A stretch of DNA of 63,566 nt, counting the filler, from Atractiella rhizophila (taxonomy: Eukaryota): assembly GCA_021432655.1 (NCBI GenBank). It is 3 parts of 3 records of this genome, joined end to end, with 100 filler letters (N's around TTAATTAATTAA, not from the genome) between each part and the next. Parts side by side here need not be neighbours in the genome. Positions count along the whole stretch, not along the records: positions 1 to 30,651 come from MU271706.1; positions 30,752 to 61,326 come from MU271707.1; 1 more part is not named here. One strand, given 5' to 3'. Positions 26,093-37,655 of this stretch are shown piece by piece. The position numbers and the translations under genes were made by a program. The notes under the pieces were generated by a model that was not told the origin of the DNA, did no database searches, and was given only the letters and a program-made list of their open reading frames with translations. Within the stretch, counting starts at the first letter, position 1; each line of letters opens with the position of its first letter.

Positions 26093-29000
26093 ATGTCAAC
26101 TTTTGATTCTCAGTCCCCTACCGACGCGGCAGTCCCCCCTACGCCCCCACCTAGAAGAGCTTCAGCGTCCTGGAGAGCACTTTCGCTTCTTACTTACGTG
26201 ATTCTGCCGCCGAGGTGATAGTCTTTCTCTCTGATATGTTGTTCGATTTCCTCAATTATGTTGCCGATCTCCTCGACAGTTTCTGGCCTGGCCTTGATCA
26301 GGATGGGAAGTGGAACAACTCTGAATCGTCGGGCTCGAGCAGCACTACAACGCCAGGACGTAGCAAAACTTTGGATGTTGTCACCGAGGAAAGGGTGGCT
26401 CATAGAAGAGCTCTCAGTGATAGCGAGATCGTAACTAGATCAGCGCACATTCTCAGTGAGAGTTCCTTAGTTGCAGAACCGGAGGAAGAGGATACTACTG
26501 GGTCGATTGGGGTCTCAACTCCTCCTGCATCGCCGTTAGAAGCAACGAACTTTGTTCCGTTTCCAACTACTAGGGAGGATGATCAAGCAACTTCAGTTAA
26601 GCAGCAAAAGACTGTGTCTTTCGATCTCCCCGCCTCTGACAACACCCCAGCGCCTCCACCACCTACTCCCTCGAATACGGTGCTCGTTCGCACCCGTCCA
26701 CCACTCTCATCTGGTGGACGACCGCGGCCTACATCGCTCCCATCATTCCCTACTTCCGCTTCGCTTCTCATCAAGATTTCGTATCTGTTCTCATCGCCTT
26801 TTCGACGCAAAGTCACGCTTTCTCCAACCCCTCCAGCCTCTACTGCTGCAATCTCCTCAAGATTCGAGGCGGTCGGAAGCCCCCGTCGCATTGTTCCGGA
26901 AGAGGAAAGTGCGACGGCGGAAGCAATTACAGTTCTCCGGAGTCAATCTGCGACGACTCATGCACGTCACCCTCATCATTCAGACCGCCATCAATATCCC
27001 AATCCGATAAAGAGAGCGACCAGGGACCTCCTTCCCCTTCACTCAAAAGCATCGAAGTCCCAACGACACCAGTATCCCAGGCAGAAGAGTTGCCTGCTGT
27101 CCTATCAACATCGAGCACAGCCGTCGAAGCGCCCGAAACTCCTGAACTGGAACCTGTCATCCCCGAAGTTCCAGCAAACGATACTCCTTCTCCCATAAAC
27201 GACAGTCTTCCAACGAGCGATCCTTCTCCACCGAACGATAGTGTTCCAACAAGCGATCCTCCTCCAACCAGCGACACTCAAGTTCTTCCAACTACCTCTG
27301 AAGTCGAAATTGTTTCCGAGGAACCCAAACTCGTTCTCTTGAACAAAGGTCCCCTTGCCGCTGTGAAAATGATGGAAGTGGACTCGCGAACGCCGACACC
27401 TCATCTGCCAGGATGGTATCCTCCTACTCCGACACCTTTGCCACCGCACAAGAAGGAGAGGAAGAGCGGGGGAGGACGAGCTTCGACTCTGAACTGGTGT
27501 TGGACGATCTCGATGGGTATCGCAGGAGGAGCGATTATTTTGCCTCCGTTCCCAAGGAACCGGAAGCTGTGTTGGAAGACAATAAGGAGAATGTACCGAT
27601 TGCAGTAGAAGAGGAAAGTACCCCAAAGATGGAGAAGAGGGAAATGCCGGATCTCACGAAAGAGGAGGAATTAGTGTTGCCTGCTCCTGTTCTTGTTGAT
27701 GCTCCCGTCGTGAACGAGAAAACGAGCGAGGATTCAGCGAAGGATGCGGAAGAAGAGGAAGATGAGGAGAATGTCATAGCAGGAGAAGTTGGGAAGGTTG
27801 TGGAGGAAGAGGAAGAGAAGGTGCGTTGTTATCCCGCAGTTTCTTGTTCCTGATGCTGACTTCATGTAGGATGCGATACCTCCAGCAACTATCGAAGAAC
27901 CGTCGGCTCAGACCACTGAAACACCATCTATCATCCCTGTTCCAATCATCCCAGTCGAACGGGAGGATAGTTTAAAGGTGGAGACGATCGGTGTTCCTCT
28001 CTCCAGCTCCGACCAGGAGCATCCCTACTTACAATCTGCGAGCTCGACTACTGCCGCAGTTGAGGACCTGTCCTCTTCTACTACTGCGGTTGTAACTTCC
28101 CCAACTGAGCTTCAGGCGGAGTCAGAAATGAAAGATCAGGGTGACAATCACGTCATCCCTGTAGTCGCAGGGGCAGGGACTGCTGCTGCTGCAGGTGGTA
28201 CCTTTTATCTCGCCTCTAAAGGTCCTGGTGACTCCTCCCCAACCCACTCACGATCTGGAAGCAAAGTCTTGAAGAGCATTCTCCGTCCTTCCACTCCTAA
28301 TGGTTCTCGCGTGTCGCTGGAGAAGACGACACCGTCAAAGGTGAAGAGGGACACCGTTCCTGATGAAGACGGACACGGTTCACGAGCGAGTACTCCCGTG
28401 AAGGAGAGGGAGAGAAAGATCAGTCTACTAGGCAGGAAATTAAGCAAGAGGAATCCTAAGCAAGCACAGGAGGAGATGGCGGCCAAGAGGCAGACGTGGA
28501 TAGCTAATTATGTTGGGGTGCAGGGTGAGTCACTTTCCTGTTCGCAAGGGGTAAAATTAATGAGATGGGATGGCAGACCCTTCGAAGGAAGTCTTTCCAG
28601 CCTCTGAACAGCATCCTGATGTCGACGCCCCTCAACGTCGAAGAACTCTGTCCAAACGCCGACGTCCACTTTCCATGTCTGTCGTCTCTTCCTCTGATCA
28701 CGAGCATACATCGATTGGTACAACTGCTGGATCTACTATCTCACGAGGCATTTATTTCCCTTCTGGCTCGCTTACGCACGAACCACTCCTTGCCGATGAA
28801 GGTCAACAATCAGAAGGACGAGTGAGGAAGGACTCTATAAGTGGCAAGAGGAAGCTACACAAGCCTAGTCCGGCAGAGAAAGAGTGGAAGAGGACCATCA
28901 GCATCTCTAACGGTCTTCCGCACAATGATGAAGGCTATCAAAAGGTACCCAATAACAGGAGGTCCATTCTTGGACGTTCTCTTTCGATGTCCCTCCCATC

Positions 29001-29577
29001 CAAGGATGCGCCGACGAGTCCTTTACCTCCAATCCCGAGCACGAAACCCAAGACTCCATCTCCCGTTCTTCCCGTCGAAACGAATCTTGCTGAGTTGAAT
29101 TCATCTCAATCTCCTCAATCTCAGCCCAATGGAGCACCCGAAGCAATCACGCCTTCGGACTCAATGAAGAAGAGACCTCGATTCAAGTCGTTCCGTCGCA
29201 GTCTGTCGTCCTTTGGAGGTAGGCGTCCTTCGACATCTCCTGAGGATACACCAGTCACTCCCTATGTTCCTGCCAATCACGAATCTCCTGCTAGTTCTAG
29301 ACCTGGCACTGGGATCGGAGTATCCAACGTGGAGAGAGCGACCGGCTCCACGGCTTCTGCATCTAGGAGTGAGCATGAAACGAGAGAACAATACGAGGAA
29401 CCTGCAACTATAGAAGGGGGAGAGAAACCGAAGAGGAGACTAAGCAGACTTTTAGGGTCTCTCAGAAAGGGTGGGGATGGGGCAGACGGGGTGAAAAGGG
29501 AAAGGTCGAAGTTGAAGAAACAGACTACTTCAAAGCTTTCCACAGAGGTCGAAGTTCCAGTTGGAGCAGCGGCGTGA
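26093..29577 (+). CDS. Large low-complexity (S/P/T/E-rich) protein of unknown function, with apparent frameshifts
   Basis: Consecutive plus-strand ORFs (26215, 27090, 27413, 27978, 28570) with clear introns near 27821-27869 and 28524-28576. Frame changes near 26215, 26910 and 27330 lack obvious introns. Many RRxS basic motifs. Confidence 0.55.
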
Positions 29578-30183
29578 TGGATCGAATTTCTACCATACGG
29601 CGATTTTCAGTGTTTCTTAACAACCGAATCAATTTGGCGAGGCAAACAGATTTACGATTTTCTTACGATTTCATTTTGGATACGCGAACCTCATTCTTTC
29701 CACTCGAAGAAGAACAAGACTCCTCAACTAATGTTCCTTCCGTGCCTTTCCACTTCTTCGCAAAGCAGAGACCTTCATCCAATAGCATTTTGTTTTCCGT
29801 CCCGTCTTCCGTACTGCTGCAATTGTCATTCAATCTTCTTTTTCTCTTTTATCAGCTCTGCTTTTGAACATGTTCCATTTTCATCTCAATGTGTAGGCAC
29901 CAATGTGCCATGGGTACTGCAAAGAATAGAGCTGCTCATTCATCGAACGTTTATTCGCGAGCGGAAACTACAATGCATAATATAATCATCAACACGCTCA
30001 AGGTAGGACCTCTGGCGCCTCTGTACCAGAACATGCATCACGTCTATTCACTCTTCCCACCGTCTCCCGAAAGTGTAGACTTCTCTCGGCCCGTCAGCCT
30101 GAGATGCTCGCATCGACATCGACATCGATGTCGCGATAAAATTTAAAACTTTTGGATGAAGGCGATTGAAAGGAAGACTGAAC

Positions 30184-30651
30184 ATGATTGATTCGTACGA
30201 GCCCTTTGACCTTACATCTATCCGTGTGGTGATCTCAAACTTTGTATATTTTACCACCATTTACCCCAACTCGGGAGAGTCTCTCAGCTTCATAAGCCTG
30301 CTCAACGCAGAAGGAGTCTCCATAAAGGAGCAGAGAGCAGCAGAAGGTGAAGCGACAATATCAGTCTCCGAGCACGCCCCCGGAAACGTCGTCCGTCAGT
30401 TTCCGGTGAAACTGAGAGGAAACACAGTAGTTATAACCCCTGCTTTCCAGGTTTGCGTTGTTTTTATATTTCATGGCTGTTGCCACCACGGTGCTTTGAC
30501 TCAAGCGGCCACAAACACCGGTGATATTTACTCGCTCTACCGCGTTACTTTACACTCTACTCGCATCTTCGAAAGTGGCGAAAGGAGAATGGACCCTCAC
30601 AACATTGTGGGGAATGTCACGATATTGGAAGAGCAGGATTCGGATGGAGAG
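30184..30651 (+). CDS. Hypothetical protein, truncated by gap
   Basis: Open frame to the gap with a probable in-frame intron starting GTTTGC at 30451. No recognisable motif. Confidence 0.3.
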
Positions 30652-30751
30652 NNNNNNNNNNNNNNNNNNNNNNNNNNNNNNNNNNNNNNNNNNNNTTAAT
30701 TAATTAANNNNNNNNNNNNNNNNNNNNNNNNNNNNNNNNNNNNNNNNNNNN
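30652..30751. other. Assembly gap with artificial six-frame-stop spacer (N44-TTAATTAATTAA-N44)
   Basis: Exactly 44 N + TTAATTAATTAA + 44 N; identical construct at 61327-61426. Confidence 0.97.
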
Positions 30752-30842
30752 GCAATGAAGTATCCGAGTGTTTCATTATTCACTATACCCTATTTCATTT
30801 TACGTTTGTATGTATTATGTGCTCATGTGTGGAAAGACTAAC

Positions 30843-32104
30843 CTTGGAGACGGCTTCGCCAATAGATATTTCTGTCAAGTCAGTCTTGCCAGCAGACTGA
30901 GTCTCCTTAGGCAAGAGACGGAGCTTAATGTCTTTTACCTCCTCGAACCTAGGATGATCTTTCTTGTTCGGGTCTACGTAGTGTTCAATCTCAGCCATGA
31001 CAAACTCCCTGCCAAAGAGCAAGCCTTTATCAGCATCCATACACTCTTGGTTTTGAAGAAACGCACCGAACGCGGATAAGACCTTGTCGCGGAGCGATTT
31101 CATTGCGAAAGGATTTTCCAATCTGTGCAGATGCAAAAGGGAGTCGTCCATTGTTGAATTCTAGAAGACGATTGAAATTGATAAAATGTCCTTGAGCAGT
31201 TTCAGGTCGTAAGTAACTGTTTATTGGGAGTCAGGAAATTGAAGAGGTTAGGAAACACAAAATACTAACCCCTTGAGCTGTCCAGTAGGTCCAATCTGAG
31301 AGCTGAACATTAAATTGAACTCTCTTGGAGGGGTGAGGTCATTCTCTTCAGGACTTTTGATGTTGAACTTCAAGATGAGGGCGTGAAGTTCAGGTCCGCC
31401 ATAGTTGTCGATCTTGGCGAGGGTTTCCTCGTATTCTGTCACGACGTCATCGGCAAGTTTGACTGCGGTAGATTTAACGGCTTTCTTCTTCTTCTTCTTC
31501 TTGTCGTCCTCCTCATTAACCACCTCAGCCTCCTTTACCCCTCTCGCCTCCTTATCACCTTTCAGACGAGCCTCTAAGACCGCCTCCACCAAATGATCTG
31601 CACGGAATATCTCCCCCGTCTTGCTGTCCGTCACCATCCAGTCGGAGAACTTGTCGACATGTCCAGAGGTTTTGAGCACATCTTCAACGGTCATGACGGT
31701 GGATTCGACCTCAAGCATCTCCTCTTCAATGATAAAGTGATTTCGCCATGCTGACAGGATGTTTGCTTGCAAGGAAGCGCCGGGTGGCCCAAAATCATAA
31801 AATCCAGCGACACCTTCATAGACGAACCCTCACTCTCACTCCAAGTATTGCAGAGAGGTAGACATACCACCATAGATTTCAAACGCTGGGGCATAAAAAA
31901 ACCTTTTCAAAAGTAATTGTTCGAGTTGGGATCGATCGAATGGATGGGCAGTCTTGTTTATTGTGGAGGCCATTCTGCAAATTGGTTTGAAGCGAACACC
32001 TGCACATTTGGCGTCAAATCGGTGGGATAACAACAGGACATTGAAGAAAAGAAATACGTACTGGGTAATAGTACAGATCTTGCTCCGTTCACGAGAAATC
32101 TCAT
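30843..32104 (-). CDS. GRS1: Glycyl-tRNA synthetase (class II, alpha2 type), 5' half; 3' half lost in gap
   Basis: [80 protein letters not shown]. ATGs at 32104 (presequence exon) and 31973. Confidence 0.95.
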
Positions 32105-32287
32105 AAACCTTTGCTCAGTCCCTTTTGTTGAATCTCAATCGCTGATTTGTTCTGACTCAAGCGAGACCAAAGCAGTACAACTCCGCCCGGCATTTCTAAC
32201 GCGTCTCATGAGTCGTTGAAAGTAGAATCTGTGGCATGAGCGAGTGAGCTATTCTCCTTGATTCATACGCATTTTAACTGATATATT

Positions 32288-35258
32288 ATGACTAGCGAAC
32301 CGACGTCCTCTAATTTCATACGCGTTTCTGGAGTCCCCATTTCAAAGAAACATCAGCCCACCCTGTTCGCCATCTTCAAAGCCTCCCCGCCTGTGACCTT
32401 GCACCTGCCATCTTCAAAGCAAACACTTGACGCCAACACAACATTCACCTCCCTGCCCACAGAAAGCGAAAGCGTCCCATTCAATTACTCGCTTCCTCAG
32501 TCAGAGGTTTCAACACAAGGCGAGTCGCCTAGTTCCAGCTTGCTTAATATCGCCATCCCTCCCCTCGCACTAGAAACGCCGTCTCTCGGGTTGAAAAAGA
32601 CTGTGGAGTCGGAAAAATCTTTTGAGAACATGGGAGGCGCAGTCAATGTTGTTGTTAGCGACAGTGAGGAGGAGAAAGATCTCAATCTAACACCTATGCA
32701 AGCAGGAGGAGTGAAGACAAACGGTACGCTTTCCTTCTCCGTTGGTCTTTGGTTTGGGATGGCGATATAGAAACGGCTTGCATTCAGCGCTCAGAGTAAA
32801 GATGGCTTTGTCATCACTGAGTAGATTGTCACGGACCACGCCAAAGTCCTTGAGGAAGAGCCGAGAGGAATGTCAACCATCAGCAATTTTATCTATTCCT
32901 GCTGATACCTTCTTTAAGTGAAAGCATCCAATGTCTGACTATTCCTTAGAGTTCGGCAGCATCCTCACACCTTCCCCTTCACGAACTACCTCAATCACTC
33001 ATTTCCCCACCTCCGTCTCCATGAAAAACTCCGTTTCACTGCCTGTTCATCAGAAAGATCCGCCATCCACGATGTCCCTCTCGATTGGAGACTTGCCCTC
33101 TACCGCACCCGAAGGAATGTCCCCAGCTTCAGGCCTAGAAGGCCAGGATAAAACCGAAATATTTTCTTCTTCAACGTCTAAACCAGCAAGGAGGAAACCG
33201 AAACGCGCGCTAAACTTCAGCGGCGAACTGAAGACACCTCCCATAGTGACGGAAGAGACGCTGGTGCATCAAACAGTGCCGCAGAAGCGAAAAGCAAGAG
33301 CAAGGGAGGACGCTTTAAAGGATAATACTCCTGCTTTTCTGGATACAGGAAAGGGGAAGGAAAAGGAAAAGGGAAGGAAGGGAAGGACGACGAGTGTCTC
33401 CGCTCATGCCATGGTTGCATCCCTACAATTCGGTGAACTGGTGGATGGTGATAGTGAGGGAGGGCTGAAGAAGAAACGACGTTGCACAACTGACAACATC
33501 ACTCCAATCGTTCACACACAATCAGATCATCCGGAAAACCCTGCTAATTTAAATGATGCCGAAGAGGAAGACGAGCTAGCGTTACGTCCTGCTCCTGATT
33601 CGAGGAAAACGAGGAAGAAGCGGGTCGCGGAAGAAGAGGCGGATGCAGTGGAAGACGTGGTCCTTGTGGTGAAGAGGAAGAGAAAGAAGACGGACCTGAG
33701 TATATCTCATGATGACAGAGGGACCGTAGCAACCCATCAGCAAGATGGGCTGGATGAACTTGGTACGCAGTCGGAGGAACCACCAGTCGAAACCAAGGGA
33801 TCAAAGTCCTCTACAAAGAAATCTTTCGCCGTGACTGCTTCAGTAGAAGGCGAAGAGGGGGATTTCGCAGTGGAGGATTTTATCAACAACGCAGATTTTC
33901 CAGTGTTGGACAATTCAGAGGATGAAGATTGGAATCCCAAGAAACCAAATGACGAAGACGACGGATATGGACATGGCAAAAAGCGAAAGAAGCCACCAGC
34001 GAAGGGAAAGGAAACGAAGAAGAAAGGGAACCAAAAGGCAGGACAAAAGGAGCAGAGAAAGATTGCGAAGAAGAAACGTGAAGAGGTACCCGCCGGCGAA
34101 GCTGACATTGACCCGTCGAATCCCCATATCGATCCTACAGCGAACGATACCACTCAAGATCCCGACGACGGCTCCGCCTCATCCACTTCGAAGAGGTTCA
34201 AGGGAAAGCGTCCGGTCAAAGGTGCGAAACCACAATCTGCGGAGAGGGAAGACATTCCTTCCCTCCCTGACCCTGACGAATTGTCAAAGAAGAAGAGCAA
34301 GAAGGACAACGTGCCTGGGCCTAATAAATTGAAGAAGAAGAAGGAAGAGGCACAGGATTCCTCTGAGCTTGATGATGATGAGAACCAAGTCCTACAGATG
34401 GAGGAACCCCGACCGTCCATAGTCGATGAGGGGAATTGTGGTGTTGGACAAGACGAGGGGCTCGATGTGCAGGTTCCTGATGCTCGACTACAGGAGGAGG
34501 AAGAAGAGCCAACTCGCCTACCTTCTTCTAAGGAGGACAACTCTGGGAAGGAAAAAGCGGTCGACATGGTATGTCCTGGTTTAGTCTCAGAAGGAAAGGC
34601 CTAATACGGTCCCATCCAGCCTCAAGCCTCAACACTAGCCAGGAGTGGACTTTCAAAGCAAACGATGAGGGGAATTGTGGTGTTGGACAAGACGAGGGGC
34701 TCGATGCGCAGGTTCCTGACGCTCGACTACAGGAGGAGGAAGAAGAGCCAACTCGCCTACATTCTTCTAAGGAGGACAACTCTGGGAAGGAAAAAGCGGT
34801 CGACATGGTATGTCCTGGTTTAGTCTCAGAAGGAAAGGCTTAATACAGTCCCATCCAGCCTCAAGCCTCAACACCAGCCAAGAGCGGACTTTCAAAGCAA
34901 ACACAGTTAGCTGTAAATCCACAGCTCATTCCCAACAGTATGTTTTCTTTCGCTAGCTTCCCTCGTCAACTGAACCACAGGATCCCTGGCCTCCATTCTC
35001 GCATCTCATAATGCACGACTTGGGTCTCCAGCCAATCTTCGCCGTCCAGGGAAGACTATAACTCATCTCCATCGTGATATTAAGCCTCCACCGCCGAAGC
35101 CTCCTCTGCCGAAGGAGAAGAAGAAGAAGAAGAAAGATGACGATCGCGATTCCGATAAGTCCACCACTCCGGATTTTGAGGATTTCGACGAGTACGATTG
35201 GGCGGAGTGGAGAGAAAAACAGAAAAAAAAGGAGAAGGCAGCTTTGCGAAATGGCTGA
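32288..35258 (+). CDS. Lys/Glu-rich disordered nuclear-type protein of unknown function (copy A)
   Basis: ORFs 32288-32770 and 32931-34604 plus spliced terminal exons ending ...HLHRDIKPPPPKPPLPKEKKKKKKDDD...EWREKQKKKEKAALRNG* (TGA 35256-35258). Many NLS-like basic clusters. Confidence 0.65.
34424..34901 (+). repeat. 239-bp tandem duplication (exon end + intron + exon start) within copy A
   Basis: CGATGAGGGGAATTGTGG... begins at both 34424 and 34663; only one unit is present in copy B. Confidence 0.95.
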
Positions 35259-35987
35259 ATGTCCTTTTGGGCTGACAATGGAAGGAAGGCCAAAGTAAGA
35301 AGCTCTCAATCTGTCTCAATCTGTTTCGATTTTCGATTGCTGTTGGTGCTCTTGTTGTGGGTCTGACTGGGCTGTGTCTTTGTAGACTTTCACGTCCCCG
35401 TCAACTCGACGGTGTCCTGTGTTGTAACATGAATTTGATGCCTCAACGTTTCAACCGTGACCTCTTGATTCCTTTGCCAATTTCTTCGCCCCTTCTCTTC
35501 CGAATAATTCCTTGTGGCTTCATGACCCACCTGCGTACGTACCCGCGGTGCTCCATTTCATTTGTGAGAACAACCTTTCTCAAAGTCTCAGAGAAGATAT
35601 CCATTATGACTGAATTGTGACAGTGGAGGCGGAGCCAGTCGGCCTGATTGATCGAACTATGTTCCGATGTTGTGGGCCTATCTCCTGCAGTAGGAGGCAT
35701 GGATTATCTGCAGTCGGTTCATGGCAATCTTCTTCGTTACGTTTACATTGCCTGAAATGAGTGTTGGCGCATCTCGATACAGCCTAGGAACTTCGAGTGC
35801 CATATCAATGCGTCACGTCATATCCTCCTCGGGTTCGTACAATGGTTCCAAATGCAGCCCCCATTCCCAGAATCTCCCTGCAACATATAACATAAACGAT
35901 TTCCTCCTCCTGCTGTCCAACTCTTCCTCTGATTTAACAGCTCCCATCATCTTTCTCTTGCGTCCGTTCTTCAACAAAATCACGAGC

Positions 35988-36683
35988 ATGTCTTTCCTCC
36001 TCCTCTTCACTTTGGTTCTTTCAACCGTCGCATTTCACTGGAAACCTGGTTGGTCACTGCCCTCCCAAAGTAGAACTTTGACTGATATCTGAAGTGATAG
36101 GATCCACCTGCACGGCCAACACACCTTGTACATATTCATACCAGGTCGAATCAGGAGTAGAGAAGACAAAAGTGGAAGCAAACTGTGCGCCAAATGGATA
36201 CGTCCGTATTTCTTTGTCCTTCAAGCCATTGTGGTCCCATACTGATGCAATATTCGCTCACAAGTGTGCAGATAACGGCGCGAAGTGTTCGGTTCGCTTC
36301 ACCCATGATTTGATTAGGAAAGTCTGGCTGATAAGATAGAAACTAGAATGATAGCCAGTGCTTTGGATGGTGTGGTCCAGACGGATTTTGTGGTGGCGAA
36401 GGTGCTTTATGCAACAGTCGGGATGAATTCCAACACACTCCTGTGAGTACTCATTGGCCACAACATTTCATGGTCCTTAATCATAGGTTATATTTACTAA
36501 CCCCGGTTCGTGGCTTAGATCCATTGGGAATACACGTGCGCTCCTGGACTTGAATGCTCCACGACGGATATGGTGATTGGAGTTTGTCAAAATCCGCGAG
36601 CTGTCAAAGTGGCAATGCAAGAGGAGGAGGTGGACGATGGCCGGCTCTTCGATGATTTTGGTTCTGAATCGTTTGATGGATAG
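35988..36683 (+). CDS. Small secreted cysteine-rich protein (copy A, C-terminus shortened)
   Basis: Spliced: MSFLLLFTLVLSTVAFHWKP|GSTCTANTPCTYSYQVESGVEKTKVEANCAPNGY|CADNGAKCS|NDSQCFGWCGPDGFCGGEGALCNSRDEFQHTP|IHWEYTCAPGLECSTTDMVIGVCQNP... Four GT-AG introns, 12 Cys. Confidence 0.75.
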
Positions 36684-37630
36684 GGAGCCTAAAAAGCGAG
36701 ATCGGAGTGGGACTCTGAAAAAGAAAAGCTCGAAAAAGAGACTGTAATCCGAGGCTGGTTTAACTTTAGATATTTGTTCACTTACTAGCATTACTACACA
36801 GGTTGTTCGAAGCATCTCCTTCAAATGTTCAATACAACTTCATTCTCCGTATTAGCTTTAGAGTCGTTGCAATGATTTGTGATTACATTGGTTTCAGCAT
36901 TGCAAGCGGAGTACTTGGAAGTAACGCACCTATTTCGGAGAGTGGGCGTTAGCCTGCAACAGACGACATCCCTCGGTGCACATCTTCGAAGAGCGCGAGA
37001 TTGTGAGAAACCAACTCAAGTCGTATAATCAAGCCCACCGCTTGTGCGGTCACATGACTCTGTGTGCCACAAGCTTTTGACCAACCAGCTAACCGTTCCA
37101 ATATCTCCTTCTTTTTCTTCTTAGCAGCTTTCGAGATCGTATAACAATGTGTGTAAATGGGCATGATATCCCAGCAATTTTTCCCGTTCATCGGCCCCTA
37201 GCCTGATATGGCTTGCAGGGACTGGTGCTCCTTTCGCTTCAAGGTTTCTCGTTGAGATGCTTCTGAGGAAGATTTTAGATTTACAGGAGGTGCTCTGTCG
37301 GCAGGATGTCGATGAGCACGAGAGGGTAACTTGAACTTGTCCACCTTCCGAGTTCCCATTCTTCTGTCCCAAACGTGTGTCAGATGTACAAAAGATGAGC
37401 GAAAGTGTGCTGTCGTTGTCGTTGTCGAAAAGTCTGACGCGATGGAGTTTCTGAATGTGCTCAACCAATGCACAAGTCTGTTGATAAGCCTATGCAGAGG
37501 GCTTCAAGCTGTAGTCGAGTAGTATGCCACGTCCTCATTGTTGCGGTCCAGCGAAGTGTTTCCACTTCTCAGGATGTCATGCATGTCATGAACGACTATT
37601 GTTTATTTGTCATGAGATTATCTAGAAACA

Positions 37631-37655
37631 NNNNNNNNNNNNNNNNNNNNNNNNN
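37631..37655. other. 25-N assembly gap at the junction of the duplicate copies
   Basis: 25 N exactly between the end of copy A and the start of copy B. Confidence 0.97.

Larger units (their letters stand above)
32704..37630. repeat. Segmental near-duplicate, copy A
   Basis: Colinear with 37656-42369 from AGGAGGAGTG(A/G)AGACAAACGG to GAGATTATCTAGAAACA, with scattered SNPs and indels. Confidence 0.97.

Noticed and set aside
30696..30707. TTAATTAATTAA as a biological palindrome or piggyBac TTAA site
   Set aside because: Embedded symmetrically in N runs and repeated identically; it is an assembly spacer.
34600..34612. Apparent loss of a splice acceptor (ACAG to ACGG) in the first 239-bp unit
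   Set aside because: Frame analysis shows the functional acceptor is the downstream CCCATCCAG, which is intact in both units.
35443..36010. Minus-strand ORFs (MPPTAGDRP..., MKRRRKDML...) in both duplicate copies
   Set aside because: No recognisable motif, stops and indels between pieces, and overlap with the 5' end of the Cys-rich gene. Presence in both copies only reflects the duplication.
36949..37600. Fragmentary minus-strand ORFs at the end of the duplicated unit
   Set aside because: Frames differ between copies A and B and no coherent protein emerges; at best a decayed relic.
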